A DNA stretch of 64,000 bases from Haliotis rufescens. Its lineage: Eukaryota. The notes beneath the pieces were generated by a model. That model was given only the letters and a program-made list of their open reading frames with translations. It was not told the origin of the DNA and did no database searches. A program made the translations under genes and the position numbers. Of this stretch, positions 22,714-36,569 are shown piece after piece; position 1 is the stretch's first letter; each line of letters starts with the position of its first letter. Location of the stretch: the NCBI RefSeq assembly GCF_023055435.1, contig NW_025963779.1:3720001-3784000 (forward strand), written 5' to 3'.

Positions 22714-23830
22714 CCGTCATCTGCTAATGTTAATGATGTTGAACCAATGTACCCATCCCCTCCACCAAGACACCTATATTCACATCTGTTCATGATACAA
22801 ACACACCTGATTATTTTCCAGAACATAAGAAATAGTTTGAAGCGTGAGATTCCGATTTCCCCATCAACATAAGATTAACTTCAATATCACGCCCTATCGC
22901 GCACTAATCGCCCGTGCAGCTCGCCTCGTGTAATATACGTGACTGTTTACAAGGTGACATACACATAAAAACAATGATGCCATGTGCCACCCATCAGCGC
23001 TGCGCTGCGGTATCGCCCTCAAGTGGCTTCATTCAAAACGATGGTCGTAATCCTCTTTACTGGCCCGGGGGGTCGTACGGCAGATCAAAGGGTAAGGCAA
23101 CACAGTGGCAGACTAGCTGATGTATCTCGAACACTGATGGTGTGATTGTGTAACACCTACGGTGGGAAAGAATTGAAAAAGGAGGGAGGCTATCTGTCTT
23201 CCAGGTATGAGTTTGTCTCGGCCAGACTGGAACAAAATTGGTTGATTTGTATTGGCGTCTTGAAGCAATGAAATTGTTCATTAAAACAGTTTGACGTAAA
23301 AACATGTATGGAATGTGGAGGGCTGCTGTAACGGATAGAGTCTCGTATGTCATGATGTGGGCGAGATGACTCGACCGCAGTGGCGGGTTTGAAGGTTGAT
23401 CCTAGATGGCGAGACAACGAGGGTGGTTCTCGTATGCCTGTCTGTCTACGCTAGCCTTTCGCTTTGCGGTTCGTCGATGGGGGCAGATAATGCGGGGACC
23501 GTGTTGTCAGATTCGGGGGATGCTGTTACTTCGCGGCATCTGATGAGTTGAAGCAAAACATTAACCCCACTTGTGCTATCATGCATCTTGTTAGACGTGT
23601 GTGATTACAGCACATTTCATCTACATTGCTTGTGTAGAAATATGTCACTTTATCGAAATTCCATTTCGGTTGTGTGAATCCATGATGTCATGTTTGGTAG
23701 ATTTGGTCGCATTGGTTTTCAAAGATAGGATCATGTAGGAATAGATTAGGGTCGTCAGTTACGTTAACGGCAGACTAGACTCCGATCTATTCGCTGTCCC
23801 AGTTTGCCTGATTTCAGTCATGTAATATCT

Positions 23831-24066
23831 ACTCTCCACTCCACCACCTCGCTCCACTCCATCACCTCGCTCCACTCCACTGCATCTCCCCTCTCTACTC
23901 CATCACCTCGCTCCACTCCACTCCATCACCTCGCTCCCCTCCATCACCTCGCTCCACTCCACTGCATCTCCCCTCTCCACTCCATCACCTCACTCCGCTC
24001 CATCACCTCGCTCCACTCCATCTCCCCACTCCACTCCATCACCTCGCTCCACTCCACTTGTCTCCA
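23831..24066. repeat. Degenerate pyrimidine-rich repeat (CTCCACTCCATCACCTCG)n, ~18 bp
   Basis: Directly visible; explains ORF 23804-24121. Confidence 0.9.
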
Positions 24067-24151
24067 TCACATGCTTATAGTAGAAATCGCACAATGGATT
24101 TTTTGCAAAGAATTCTTATGATTATGAAAATGGATTTTGTCGCTTTTATTT
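24067..24151 (+). mobile_element. PLE family D extreme 3' fragment
   Basis: CACATGCTTAT..AATCGCACAATGGA..GGATTTTGTCGCTTTTATTT matches D ends. Confidence 0.6.
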
Positions 24152-24698
24152 ACGCTGTGTACCTAGGAGATAATGGTTACCCATGTTCCGCAGTTTCACG
24201 GAGACAGAGACCCAATGTCCACTCAACCAAGGTGCCAAACCCCCTTTTGGTACGCCGGATGCCCTGTTATGTGGTTTTCCGGATGCCGCATAGGGTACGC
24301 TGGATGCCATTAAAGTTCATCTGGTACGCGGATGTCAATATTTCAATGTTGAGTTTCGTTCTTATTCTTTTCTTGCAAAGAGTGAAAATCAACAACTATT
24401 TGGCCCGACACTTAGGACCACGGATAGTAAATGCATTTAATGTGAAAACCCAGTCTAATATATTTGTCCCATGCATCTGGGGACACTGATATGACTAAAT
24501 TGGGTGCCAAATGAATACACATTTAGTGGTACGCCGGACACCTTTGGAGGAATGTGGGTGGTGGTGGGGTGGCACCCTCATCAACACTAATTAAAGCCAT
24601 TCTAGAGGTGGGAGCCGTGAAGCAAGTCTATCTGTAACCATGATGTATAAGGTTCCTGTGTAAGATCCTACATCCGGGACCTACACTTACATATATTT

Positions 24699-24858
24699 AC
24701 ATCTGTTTGTGACGGGTGCCACTGGTGGGGCAGGATACGCTCACGCGAGCACCTGGTATCGTCACTATATGGTACTGATTCATAAACACAAACTCATGAA
24801 ACAGTCGCGGTTTTAGCAGAGATTTCTCATGAATATTAAAAGGGCTTTGTCGCTTTTA
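24699..24858 (+). mobile_element. PLE family D 3' UTR copy
   Basis: TGTTTGTGACGGGTGCCACTGGTGGGGCAGGATACGCTCAC...TTGTCGCTTTTA. Confidence 0.85.
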
Positions 24859-25725
24859 TCTACAAAGTTTCAAAAGATAGTCGTATTCATTACGATTCAT
24901 CTTTGCGGTTTCTGTTTTCCATACTTAATCATTACGTCTGGAACATGGAGAGTAAGAAACATATATGTGTTTTAATAACAAGAGGTACTTCTGCCATTTG
25001 TGACCCTAAATCTCCATTTGTAATCTTAGCATCAGCCATCACACTTCACCAGAACATGGCAACATTAAGTATTAATTTTACTTACTATCAAAGCCCCGTC
25101 ACGATGTCTGAATTACTTACATGGCACGTTACGTACATCACCTGATCAATGCCCGGAGTGTCGATCAAACTGCACTTTGTTTCAACAAATTACTACGCGC
25201 ATGTTGACAAGCCTAACTTTAAGCCCTCTCACCTTTCTTATGTCCCCGCGACCTACTTCGCGCCATTACAAAGGTTAGTGGGGTAGTTAATCCTCGTCGT
25301 TGGATTAAAGGATCAGGTGCTCGTATCCGCCTGTTTGATATATACAGATGTCGACATACAAACAACTCATATTTAGTGGCATTTATCAGTTTACATGGCA
25401 GGTGATGTCACGTCCTCTTTTCCCCGGATATGAAATATCTCCGTTCTCTCTCAACCGAAACGTTTAAATGCCTGCTCTTGTGATAGTGTATAGTAGGTAG
25501 ACTGGTGTAGCACTGGATGGAATCAAGCAGACGAATGGGGGACTAATGACGAAATCTCAGGTAGACGACTCGACTGATGGAGACTCCAGGTGATGAACGC
25601 AGAACCCGCCGGTCAGATGGGTGGACGGGTGGGTGGGTGTTTATAAGGGGTGTACTTTAACCACAACCTCCTTCTCCCAAGCCTTTAAGTGGCACGAGTC
25701 GCTGTTTGCTTGAGTTAAGTTGAAC

Positions 25726-25893
25726 TGAGTGAGTTCGAATCTCAAAGGCGACCCATTTCGTTTCCTTGGTGTGTCAAGGCCATGTCCTGGATAGTGTGTT
25801 CCATGTCACGTTTTCTAAGCCTTCCATTTGCTTTTCTCTCACACCGACATGTCGTGACATCACTGATATACTGTTTGAAGCGGCGCTAAACCA
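25726..25893 (+). mobile_element. Highly degenerate tRNA-derived SINE
   Basis: B-box-like GAGTTCGAATCTC plus the shared tail GAAGCGGCGCTAAACCATCTCACTCA. Confidence 0.55.
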
Positions 25894-26390
25894 TCTCACT
25901 CATCCGTCCTTTCAAAGCACCCGTGTCCCTAGACTTGAACAAGTCTGTAAGGAATTGATTAGTAGTTCCAGCATCATTATTGCGTACCCGTATCATGTAA
26001 ATAATGAGAAAAAGACTTATAAAAGACTGGCGTCATTGTCGGTGTATCTAGACTTGCCGATTAATAGGATTGAATTGATATGCAGCATGGACTTATCATG
26101 ACTTGGAGCAAGGCTACCGAGTCCAGACCACGTGTATTGTGTGTCGATTATGTGTACCTAATTCCACGTGCTCATCACATTCGGTATCACCCTGTTCAGA
26201 ACATCAAACGCTATATTCTCGAGCGGGAAATATCGTGCTCTAACTTGCGGCAAGTCGGACAAACTGCATCAATAGAGTTAACCTCCCGCCGTAATGTGTT
26301 TTACAATGGAAACGACCTTGGTATTAAAAGCTGAGAACGTTGGAAACCCTGCGATGAGGATGCTTCAAGGGATGCTTAGCAGAATGGTTC

Positions 26391-26406
26391 TAGTGCCCCC
26401 TGGCGC
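26391..26406 (-). promoter_or_regulatory. CTCF-like motif
   Basis: TAGTGCCCCCTGGCGC, reverse complement GCGCCAGGGGGCACTA, close to the CTCF core; motif match only. Confidence 0.3.
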
Positions 26407-26691
26407 GTGGAACATATCACCGCAGTCATTGGAAACACGCGCACCTGCTCCCTGACTTGGATTTTCTACTCCCCAAATGCACGTTTCAAGATAGGTTATG
26501 ACATGCAATTTCCTGTGGTAGTGACCCTCTCAGTGTGTATTATCCGATCCTCGTCTCGGCGGGGCTGTGTTCTAGCCCCCATTGCTCTCGGTGGCGTCAT
26601 TAGAGGCATCAAGGCCCTAATACTACGCTGGGAGATGACATTTGCAGAAATGTCGAACCTCTTACAATAAGTTACACCTCGCAAAGACATA

Positions 26692-26722
26692 TATACTGCT
26701 CAAAAGAAGTTAAAGTACACCC
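26692..26722 (+). mobile_element. Solitary Tc1/mariner-like terminal sequence
   Basis: TA-TACTGCTCAAAAGAAGTTAAAGTACAC resembles Tc1-family TIR starts; partner TIR not found. Confidence 0.3.
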
Positions 26723-26757
26723 GATTATTTGCTGACTTTACACACAACATACAACTG

Positions 26758-26758
<1 letters not shown>

Positions 26759-26814
<56 letters not shown>
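26759..26814. repeat. (CA)28 microsatellite
   Basis: Direct. Confidence 0.99.
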
Positions 26815-26816
<2 letters not shown>

Positions 26817-28030
26817 CGGTGAAAGAATGTGGTTATCTTCAACGAAAGCTTATGTGAAGTTTAAACATATACTAGTATATACATTTTGATTAATTATGTC
26901 ATTTTCTGATAACAGTGTTTTTTAACGTTAATATTTTTTATCTAGGAATTTAAATGACATTTCAGTTTTAATGAGATTTTCTTACTTGGGGTTGTGCGTC
27001 GGTATAGTGTTACACAATCTTCCACAAGGAGTTCTACGTCTCCACCTCTTGAAGACGTCCCATGTACGTAATAGCTCCACACATTCACATAATTAACCAC
27101 GAATACACATTCACGTTCGACCATAAAGAGTCACAATATTGGTTTAATTTGGCACTGCTTTGAACAATAATTTTTTTCAAATACCTCAGCTATCTGGTAT
27201 AATTCCCCAAAGCCATAAAACAGCCGTGTTTCGGGGAACCAGATTAGTAGTTTTTTGTTCTTAAAAACTGATGACTCACATGTTTTTTGTGATGTATCTA
27301 ACTGGGACACTAAACCTTCCTTTATGGTAAGGCCAAGCCGGGACATTTCAAAGCATAAGTTTGTTAGTTTTTTGGTGTAAATATGTAACAGAACAGCTGA
27401 TATATGCATGTCATAATGTGATTGAGGAATGAAAACAACCCTCAACTTTAACGGCCAAAAGTAGTGACATTCCATATGATACAGCAGAATGTCAAAGAGT
27501 TTCAAAGTAGAAAGCACGACACCCACACACACGCAATGTATATATGTGTGTACACAAACGTGTCAAAACCTCAATCTCCCGCATTTTAAGTTTGTGGCTA
27601 GAATTACATATACGGTATTTAGATTGCAAGTTTATGAGTGGCCACGCCCGACCGTGGTTCACAGTGCATGCTCCAAGACCCCAAGCCTTCCATTAATATA
27701 CCATCAAGAGCACTATGGCAGTTCCGAAAACATTTTCCTCTAATGCCTGCCTTTGAGGTCCTCGAATATTACGTACTTCAGACTAAAAACTGGTTCCCTA
27801 AAACATGTGGATAATGCACTGATAAAAAAGCTCTCTTTATGATCGAAATGTGTATATTTTGATGATCTTTGTGTATGCTTTATATACGCTTTTATACTGC
27901 TATACGTAAATGTCGATAGGACATGCGATAGGCTGGAAGACATGTGGTAAAATATCCAGAAGGAGAGGGTTCTGTGGATGCTTCTTGGGGAACAGAGTTA
28001 AGGTATCATCCGAATTCCTTTTAATTGGAA

Positions 28031-28300
28031 GGGGGCACGGGTGACCCAGTCGTCTAAGGCGCCGCGATTCGCGTCCCTTGGGCACGCCAGAAACCTATGA
28101 TTTTGGGTTCGAATCCCGGTTCGCCCCGATTATGTTTCTAGGTTTGTCAGCACCATACCCGTGCTCGTGGGTTTCACCGAAGTGGTAAACGTCTGAGACC
28201 TGCATCACTTCGGGCTTGCCTCCCACATTTATCTGACACGCAGCGATATAACTGGAATACTGTTAAAAGCGGCGTTAAATCCAACTCACTCACTCACTCA
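28031..28300 (+). mobile_element. SINE family B with 13-bp internal deletion
   Basis: Perfect 13-bp TSD CTTTTAATTGGAA at 28018-28030 and 28301-28313. Confidence 0.96.
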
Positions 28301-30625
28301 CTTTTAATTGGAAACTCTTACGTTGGGTCTTAGACATATGTGACATTTTACAAACACACGCGTTTGTTACAAAACATATTTAATTTTGTAAATCATTCGT
28401 ATGCGCCCTGGTGGGATGATGTCATCAATCACGTAGAAACAAAACATATAGGTTGTAACTCATTGAATCTGAACGCTCTTATAACGCCGTGCAAGAGGCT
28501 GGAATGTGTTACATAAAGATACCCTTAGTGTGAATGATTACCATTTATTTAATTGTGGATATATGTTGACGTGTGGGTATAATTTTTCATATTGAAGTGT
28601 GGGTATACGTTGAATAACCTTTACTTCACATGCCACATGAAACAGAGAGGAAGAGGTTCCTCGTGTGGCGTTTATATGCACCATGACTATTCCGCCTTCT
28701 ATACCACACCTGGCAAGACTTATTAAATGTAATTTCCTGGAACACTGAACACGGAACACGCTGTAAATAACACTCTGTAATTAAAGCACAAATGTTTTTT
28801 AATTGATTTCTCTCACGCTCGCCGTCCTTTCCCTCCAGCAACCATACTTAACTACAATCAATTACAGTTTTGCCCTCTGTCGCGTCAGATAATGTTTACT
28901 GGACAACTTGTTGAGAAATTGATGAACTTTATGACAACATGATCGGGTGAAGTAAAGGTCAAGACCACCCTTATAAAAACTATTGAGAGACTAAATTACA
29001 ATATCAGTTACAACAAACAAAAGAAGCAATTGTGCCTGCGAGATCTCGCGGGATTAGATTATGACCGATCATATGCTTCAATGGTCTAGGTTTTGGGAGC
29101 TGGCGCCGTGTCGTATCGGTTAAAGAGAATGAATTTCCTTCTTAATTATTCACCTATGGCCGTTAAGTGCGTGTAATGTAAGTTCTCTCTGTTAGGAAAC
29201 ACACCTATATGACAGACTGTACTTGCTTACTGATGTTGATGAATTACGTCTTTATATAATGTTCCACTTCCTGTGTTATTGTCAAGCCATATTTGGAAGA
29301 TCGTCCTTCACGTTGTTTGCCTGGGCAGTTTTGGTACATTGTCCACATTAAAACTGACAAACGAGGTTATCCTTTGTTCATAGTTGATGGTGGTATGTTG
29401 TGTGTTTTTTTAACAATAATAACTAATTCAATACGTTGTTCTGTTTTTCGCTGAAAGCATCAAATTGAGGCCATTAAAATATTATTTCATGGGTAACTTG
29501 GATTGTTTTATTTTGCAACTATCCATCTAATTCACACCTTGTTTTTAGCTGTTGTACATTATAATTGGATGGTTAGCAGCAACAGTTCAACATTAGCTGG
29601 TGGTTGTTTACAAATTGAAAGATGTTTATAAAACCCAAATATTCTTTTACTCAAATAGTAATAATTGAAATCAGAATTAAAACGAAAGAGATTTGTCATT
29701 AATCAAAGTGGCAATTATCACATTAAGAAGGGAATGGGATACCGACAACTCTCCTTGAAAGCCAATTGACATTTAATACTGATATCAACTAAAGTGGTCA
29801 TCGTATTTGTTCTTCGTCAAGTGGAACCATTGCCTGCAGAGAAAACTAGTCTGTCCAAGACCACGTTAATAGCTGTGCTGCCATCTGAACTCGACCACCA
29901 CCAGACCTTGATGGAAGGTCAGCTGATTGTGTCAAGTAGTTCACCTATTGGGTCATGGTCTCTGCGACCAGCTGCTGCTTCAGATGAGCGAACAATACGT
30001 CGAGGCCCGCCTGGAGGCTGATACATTACATATCCTTTTAGTAATTTCCGCTGTGTATTTGGATAATTCTTTAACGTGTATTTTGTCGTGAACAGATAAA
30101 CGTGCAGAGTGGCTTGTCAGAAAAGATAACCATCAAACGAACGTGACTCGGTGGTTAATTTACCGTGTTTATAAAAATCGCTTAAAACTATAGAATGACA
30201 TATCGTTGTATTTTGATTATGAAGTCGAGTGTTTTGACCCACACAAGGAAAGATATTGGATTAGATTCTCCTTACTACTGTATAAACTGAAATTCAGTCA
30301 CTTACTCTGAAGACGCCTTTTTCCCAATAGATATCTGTTTCGGTGGTGTATTTCTAGGTTATCTCCGGAGGTCAATGATGTTATTGATCAGGCAAACAAA
30401 CGTGTATTATGATTGGTTTTAGAGATTATTTTCGCACACAAAAGAAGAGAAAATATTTTATCCTGCTATCATCATTATGTGGTAGTGACCAACTCGCCTA
30501 TCTGTCTCTTAAAGAAAGTGTCGGACTATATTGAAATTAATGCCAAATCCGTCTAAATTCATTACCATTGTTTGAAATAGCCAGTTTATTAACAGGCCTG
30601 ACGAGATACATTCCAACCAACTGCC

Positions 30626-30779
30626 TCGTATCGCATCGCACCTTAATCACTTCCCTTTGCACTGCACCGCACCTTAATCACTTCCGTTTGCACCCCACCG
30701 CACCTTAACCATATTGCTTTGCACCGCACCGCACCGCACCGCACCGCACCGCACCGCACCGCATCGCATCGCATCGCAT
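30626..30779. repeat. Compound repeat: ~31-bp units followed by (GCACC)n(GCATC)n
   Basis: CGCACCTTAA three times, then pentamer runs at 30721-30779. Confidence 0.92.
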
Positions 30780-32051
30780 ATCTATATAATAGATCACAGC
30801 ACATGGACTATCTACAAGGACATTATTGTGTGAGAATGACATCAGTAACCACACAAAGGTTGCAACTGGAGGAAACGTGAGGCCTTCTTTAATTGAATGG
30901 AGACAAATCGGATCGAGACATTTCAACTATATCTGTTTAAAAACATTTCACAAATAACAGTACAGTGTGTGTGTGTGTGGCATTTAGTTTGTTTTCAAAC
31001 AAAGGGGTTATTCACTGATACTATCTTTTATTTATAGCTTTTAAAAGAATTTTGTCACGTTCCCTTAAAAAATTCGAATACGAATCTGTGTTAACCCTTT
31101 TCATCCCTTCACATACAGAAACTCTTAACATAGAGTCTCCAGTCTAATAAATAAACAAAACGAAACCACATTCAGTTCAGCAGTTCTTGCAAAGCCACTT
31201 GCACAAAGTAAATTATATGAATTCAGATAAGATTTGGAAGAAAATAACCGACTTTGTCAGACTTCAATCCAACTAAAAGGAACAATTTGCAGTTTGTGTT
31301 TGTGTAGTGCTAAAGTGCGTTTTTTCATGTAAACCTTTGTTTACAGTTTCACATATGTAATCTCAATTTAGGTGCAATTTATCGCCATACATGTCTTGTT
31401 AATTTGAGCTCAAAGAAAGACTCAGCCATCGTTGGGGGGAAAGACGTTTTATGGTTTGTTGTACAAAGGAAGATAAATTGCGTGAGGCGGAAGAGGGTCA
31501 GGATTAGGGCAAACTGTCTGTTTTCGATTTGTAATTTCAAACAGAACGGCAGAAAACACGATGGGTTATCTCAGCAATAATAAACGTGTTCATTAGAGTC
31601 ATGCAGTTCCGCCATAAACCTGCAGTCAGCGGCACGGCGTAGATTTGCTGGCAGTTCTCGAGATAAGGATTGAATTCACCGTAGGAAGAATTTATTGCTC
31701 TGTAAGTCTATCCAGTTGCTAGACTGCTTGATAGCATAGGTCGCTGTATTTCACACGTTTCCTGTGTAGAGGAAAACCGAGCTTCAAAGACACCAATGAC
31801 GTTTCTGACAGAATGTCAACCATGAATGTTTATTTCTGATAACAAGAGATCAGTTCAAATATTCACATATATCCTTGTTACAGTTGCGCTGATATTCGAT
31901 GTTTTTACTTTTATCCGATCGTTGGATATCGATAAGGCAAAAAATAGCGAAAGTAATTGGAATAATAATGATAATAATTTTTTCGAATAAAAACATAAAT
32001 AATAATAGAGAGCGTCATGGAAAATGATAAATTAATAATAAAATTCTTTAG

Positions 32052-32295
32052 AATAGGCCTGTATACAGCCCAGACCTATCCAGACCCACAAACCTGGTCT
32101 TGTCCTTGTTTTATGATTCCAATTACGTCATTAAATTCTCTGTCCCTTTTGACACTAATGTGATTGACGGGATTCAAGAAAAACACGCAAAATATGCGGA
32201 CCTCGCTTTCGAAACGTCACGCTTGCATCTAAGTACCAAGTTGTCCGACTCCCCATTGTTCTCGGTGCCTCAGGTTTGGCACCTCCCAATCTGTA
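32052..32295 (+). pseudogene. Restriction-like endonuclease (RLE) domain remnant of an R2/R4/NeSL-group non-LTR retrotransposon
   Basis: Frame VIKFSVPFDTNVIDGIQEKHAKYADLAFETSRL, then frameshifted PIVLGASGLAP. This matches the RLE C-terminal pattern (I-D/E-V-x-V-P...K..KY.DL...P.V.GA.G). Confidence 0.6.
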
Positions 32296-33411
32296 GAATG
32301 ACACTGGGAGAGTACCCCGGGTATATCTATTGTGATATACTGATTACAATCTATGAAGCTGGAACACACTTCCTATTAAACATACATCTGCGGTGGACAT
32401 GATAAAGGACATCCCTATTTCTAGACGTCTGTACGTACAGTTTCCTCTGACTGAGAACAAAATCCAGTCAGTTATGACACTAGAGGTTTTGCTCGCAGGA
32501 TCTTACATGTTTTCACTCAAAAGAAATTACAAGTTCACACACACAAGACCTAGTTTTTACGCACATGGGGTTACATATTCTAACTCACACCTATTACCAG
32601 TTTTCACCAACAAATAATCCTGAAAACTGATTGAGGAAAATCTATATTTAATCTAATGCAATTAATGAAAAATGAAACTTAAAATAGGTATGTCTAGCTA
32701 TATATACGTATTCCGCATATGAAAATAGCAATATAATATGTCTTTTTAAACAGAGAAATGTACTTAGTAATACACTACGTGACGTTCAAGGACCGTATGC
32801 CATTCTGACGGAGCATAACATGGCTTGAACTCCCTGTGAGCGTGGACTTTCATCATAGCGTTATGCCCAGGGGGATTTATTTATATATTACATTCAGATT
32901 AAAGTCTTGCTCGTACATTAATGCTAAACTGGAGTGTTTCCCCTCGCCGTCAAAAGGAGTCAGCACTCAAGTCAAGGAATGCACATATCTGCTGCAGCTG
33001 CACATTCCGTTCAAATAAACTGGGCAAACCGCAAAATCCAACAAAAACATGGACTGTTGTCATTCAAAAGTGAGAAAAATGTCAAGACGGATAACGAGGG
33101 CCATACGATCGGAGTGAGCCCCCTGCAACTGTTCAATGTTTTCTGTGTATATAAACCTTTCCTCACAATACCACAAAGACATCCAGATCAAGGATGGTGG
33201 TTTCGTGGTTTTCGTCAATAGTTGCTTTGTTCATTCAATAAACTTGCCAGCGAATAGGACATAATGGAGTGTAAAAAGTACAGGGTTTAACGAACAGTTG
33301 CACATTGGCAACGCTTGTTACACGTCAGAATGGGCTTTTGCTGAATGAAAACATGACCATTTTACATGTATGCACTGTAGTTGTGTTAGATCACGGCATG
33401 CCAACTACTTT

Positions 33412-33870
33412 TGGGAGGGAAGTCCCAAGTGATGCTGGGAGGGAAGTCCCAAGTGATGCTGGGAGGGAGGTCCCAAGTGATGCTGGGAGGGAAGTCCCAA
33501 GTGATGCTGGGAGGGAGGTCCCAAGTGATGCTGGGAGGGAAGTCCCAAGTGATGCTGGGAGGGAAGTCCCAAGTGATGCTGGGAGGGAGGTCCCAAGTGA
33601 TGCTGGGAGGGAAGTCCCAAGTGATGCTGGGAGGGAGGTCCCAAGTGATGCTGGGAGGGAAGTCCCAAGTGATGCTGGGAGGGAGGTCCCAAGTGATGCT
33701 GGGAGGGAGGTCCCAAGTGATGCTGGGAGGGACGTCCTTAGTGATGCTGGTAGGGACGTCCCAAGTGATGCTGGGAGGGAAGTCCCAAGTGACGCTGGGA
33801 GGGAAGTCCCAAGTGATGCTGGGAGGGAAGTCCTAAGTGATGCTGGGAGGGAAGTCCCAAGTGATGCTGG
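33412..33870. repeat. 24-bp minisatellite (GGGAGGGAAGTCCCAAGTGATGCT)n, ~19 units
   Basis: Direct; gives the GREVPSDA-repeat ORF artefact. Confidence 0.98.
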
Positions 33871-36569
33871 GTCGGACTTGGTCTGATTCTCCAAAGAACA
33901 ATTCCGGTAGAACAGGACATGCTTCACCTTGTCGCGAACACCCGTGTAATCGGTGATTTTAACTGATCCAACATAGCGTTTTATCACTATATTGCTTTGT
34001 TACCTCAATGGAATCGGTTTGAGCAGATTCTCGAGACTGACTATTTTCTGTCGTTGACGTTTTGAATTTGAGCTGTGGAAGCCACCTGTTGGTCTGACAT
34101 CGCTATCCTCCACTCTCTGCTACATCTAAACACGGCCCCCTCCTAATGATGGTATTGGAACATTTGGGTCAGGGTTAGTCTATAGATTTAACACCACACT
34201 GATTCGCGTGTTTTGCAAACTAAGAGGTCGGTATAAATATAACGGTCAGGTTGTTCTTTATCAATAAACTTTCCCACGCACATTTGACAGCATCAATGAT
34301 ATTTTTGTGTTTATTTTGAACTATTCCGGTTAATTATAACCGTGTCACCTTGGGGGTTTCTCTTTACTCCATTGGTTCCGATGTAAGAAAATGTTCAAGG
34401 TATTTATTCATTTAATACTTTGTTATTCACAAGTAACAACTATTTTGACAAATATAGCAGTGCACGTCTGAAACATGTTTATGATACGGCAGATACGTTA
34501 CTACTCCGAGAAACACAACATAACCAGCCATTTGTTACCGCTGATTACCGTGGCCAGAGCCTTATCGTGTTCTGATTTATTTTAGAATTAAACTAAAATG
34601 ACTAAGCCAAACACTGCCCTATGTTAGAGTTTATCAGCTATATACATACGGCGTTGTTACCCTGGTCGAGAGAAGGGGATACGCCCACACCGAGTCTAAA
34701 CAAGACGACATGTGTTCAAAGAAATTCGAAGCAAATATTTGAAGGACGCCTGAAATAGTGATTGTTTGCAAAGTGGCATGATCAAAATGTAAAATATATC
34801 GCGATCTTGAAACATGTATACCAGTACGACCGGACAGTTGGCGAGAATGGGATCAGTAAACTACCGGTCAAAAGAAAGTATACACCCATGCTTGATGGTG
34901 GCTAAAATGAAACCAACAATGAATGGTTATCAGATCGTGATGTATTTGATACGGGTGTCATAGTTGTGTGTTGGACCTTATGTTTGCAGTGTTTCAAAGT
35001 CTGTTTTCAGCCAAGTAACCTTTTGATAACGTTCGTAAATATTTTGGTCAAATCCAATTTTTCAAGCGTATACTTTCTTTTGCCCGGTAGTTTAGATAGG
35101 AGGCTGCGGCTGTTAGCCAGGATACAGATACGACGTGGTGTGAATAGGAGAGCATTGTATACTATATGGGGCATAAAAAAGATGCTGATCGGGCACGACA
35201 CAGGCGTCACACTGTAACCGATGCACAGTTCAGTGTTACAGAAGGACGGGCTAGATGGTGGTAATGTTAGGGGCAAAGGGGTTAATGGTTCACGTGGTCC
35301 ATTCCTGTGGTTTGCGCCACTGTTTTGCCTGTGGCGCCGAAAGGACAGGTGTCTGTTTCGGCGGAATAGCCGGGATGGTTGTTCTCTGGCATTGCCGCAA
35401 TATATTAGGTTAAGGGAAACTAGTATTCTGTTTTTAGGTTTTAACGACATGATCTGAATAACGTGCAAAAGGTTTGTGATTTCGCTGACCCCACTGACTC
35501 TACAGCATGTTGGTCACTTCTACTGCCATACAAAGGAACTTACAACGTTCAATTAATTTTTCAACAGGATCTCCTCTGTTGTTATCAAACAAAATTGACA
35601 AATTGACAAATCAAGTACCAGAAACTAGTCACCAATGACTAAAAAAACATAATTATGTATTATTTTAACGGAAATACAAGGCTCTAGACTGTGTCAGTTT
35701 CGTTAAATTAAGGAGATTGATGAAAATAGGTCAAAGACGCTGAGCATGACGGGGTTGACAGCGAGAAGACAGCAGCGTGTACAGACAGTTAATTACCTGA
35801 ATCTTGTCCTTGTAATAATAATACACTTAGCTGATAATGGGGAAACCGCACAAGGGAGATGATCCGTACTTCATACAGTGTGTATCTCGATAATGTGAAA
35901 AGAAATACAGTGATCCTTCGGGGTCCAAATAATTGATGAGCGTTATAAATGATCCGCGGTTAAAAGAAGGTCGAGTCGTAGGTGGTAGATGACCAACAAA
36001 ACAGTATACTTGCTCTGCCTACCTAACACGATCTACCTTGCACGTTTCAGAGTTTCAAAAAATATTAGAATGGATGCTATTTATGATTCATAGTGTAAAA
36101 AAAGTTATCGAGTATTAATATGCGCTCCCAAAAAAACCGCGTATCCCTTCAGCGAATTCAGGTGAATAAACAGGTATAACAAACTTGGTCAATAAAGGTA
36201 TGACATTTGATATAAAACATTACTAGACATGATGATTTACCATTTAAAATGTATTTCCTGCTCTCTAAGGCACTGTTTTATATGCAGAGATTAAGATTAC
36301 CGTGTGTATTTTCTCGTAAACTAAGCCGGAAATAGCAATCAGCTATGCACACGTTTCCTCCCAATCTACCAGTGATTCAGTTGAAAGGTACCCAGCTGTG
36401 ATATAACTTCAAAGAATTTTGATGCAATGGTCGGAAGAAATTGTACCTGAAATGATTATTTTATCAGGAATAATTTATTCCAAAATCGTGTCATTTTAGT
36501 TGCAGCTTCCACCATATATATTTAAAATTATGTATGTACATGGAATAACAATATTTGATCTCGCCTCCG

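Noticed and set aside
32930-33300. Possible transposase remnant (IGVSPLQLF, DGGFVV)
   Set aside because: Motifs are too short and in different frames; no termini found.
35007-35468. 153-aa non-repetitive minus-strand ORF with an acceptor-like site
   Set aside because: No recognisable domain or linked exons; cannot be distinguished from chance without expression data.
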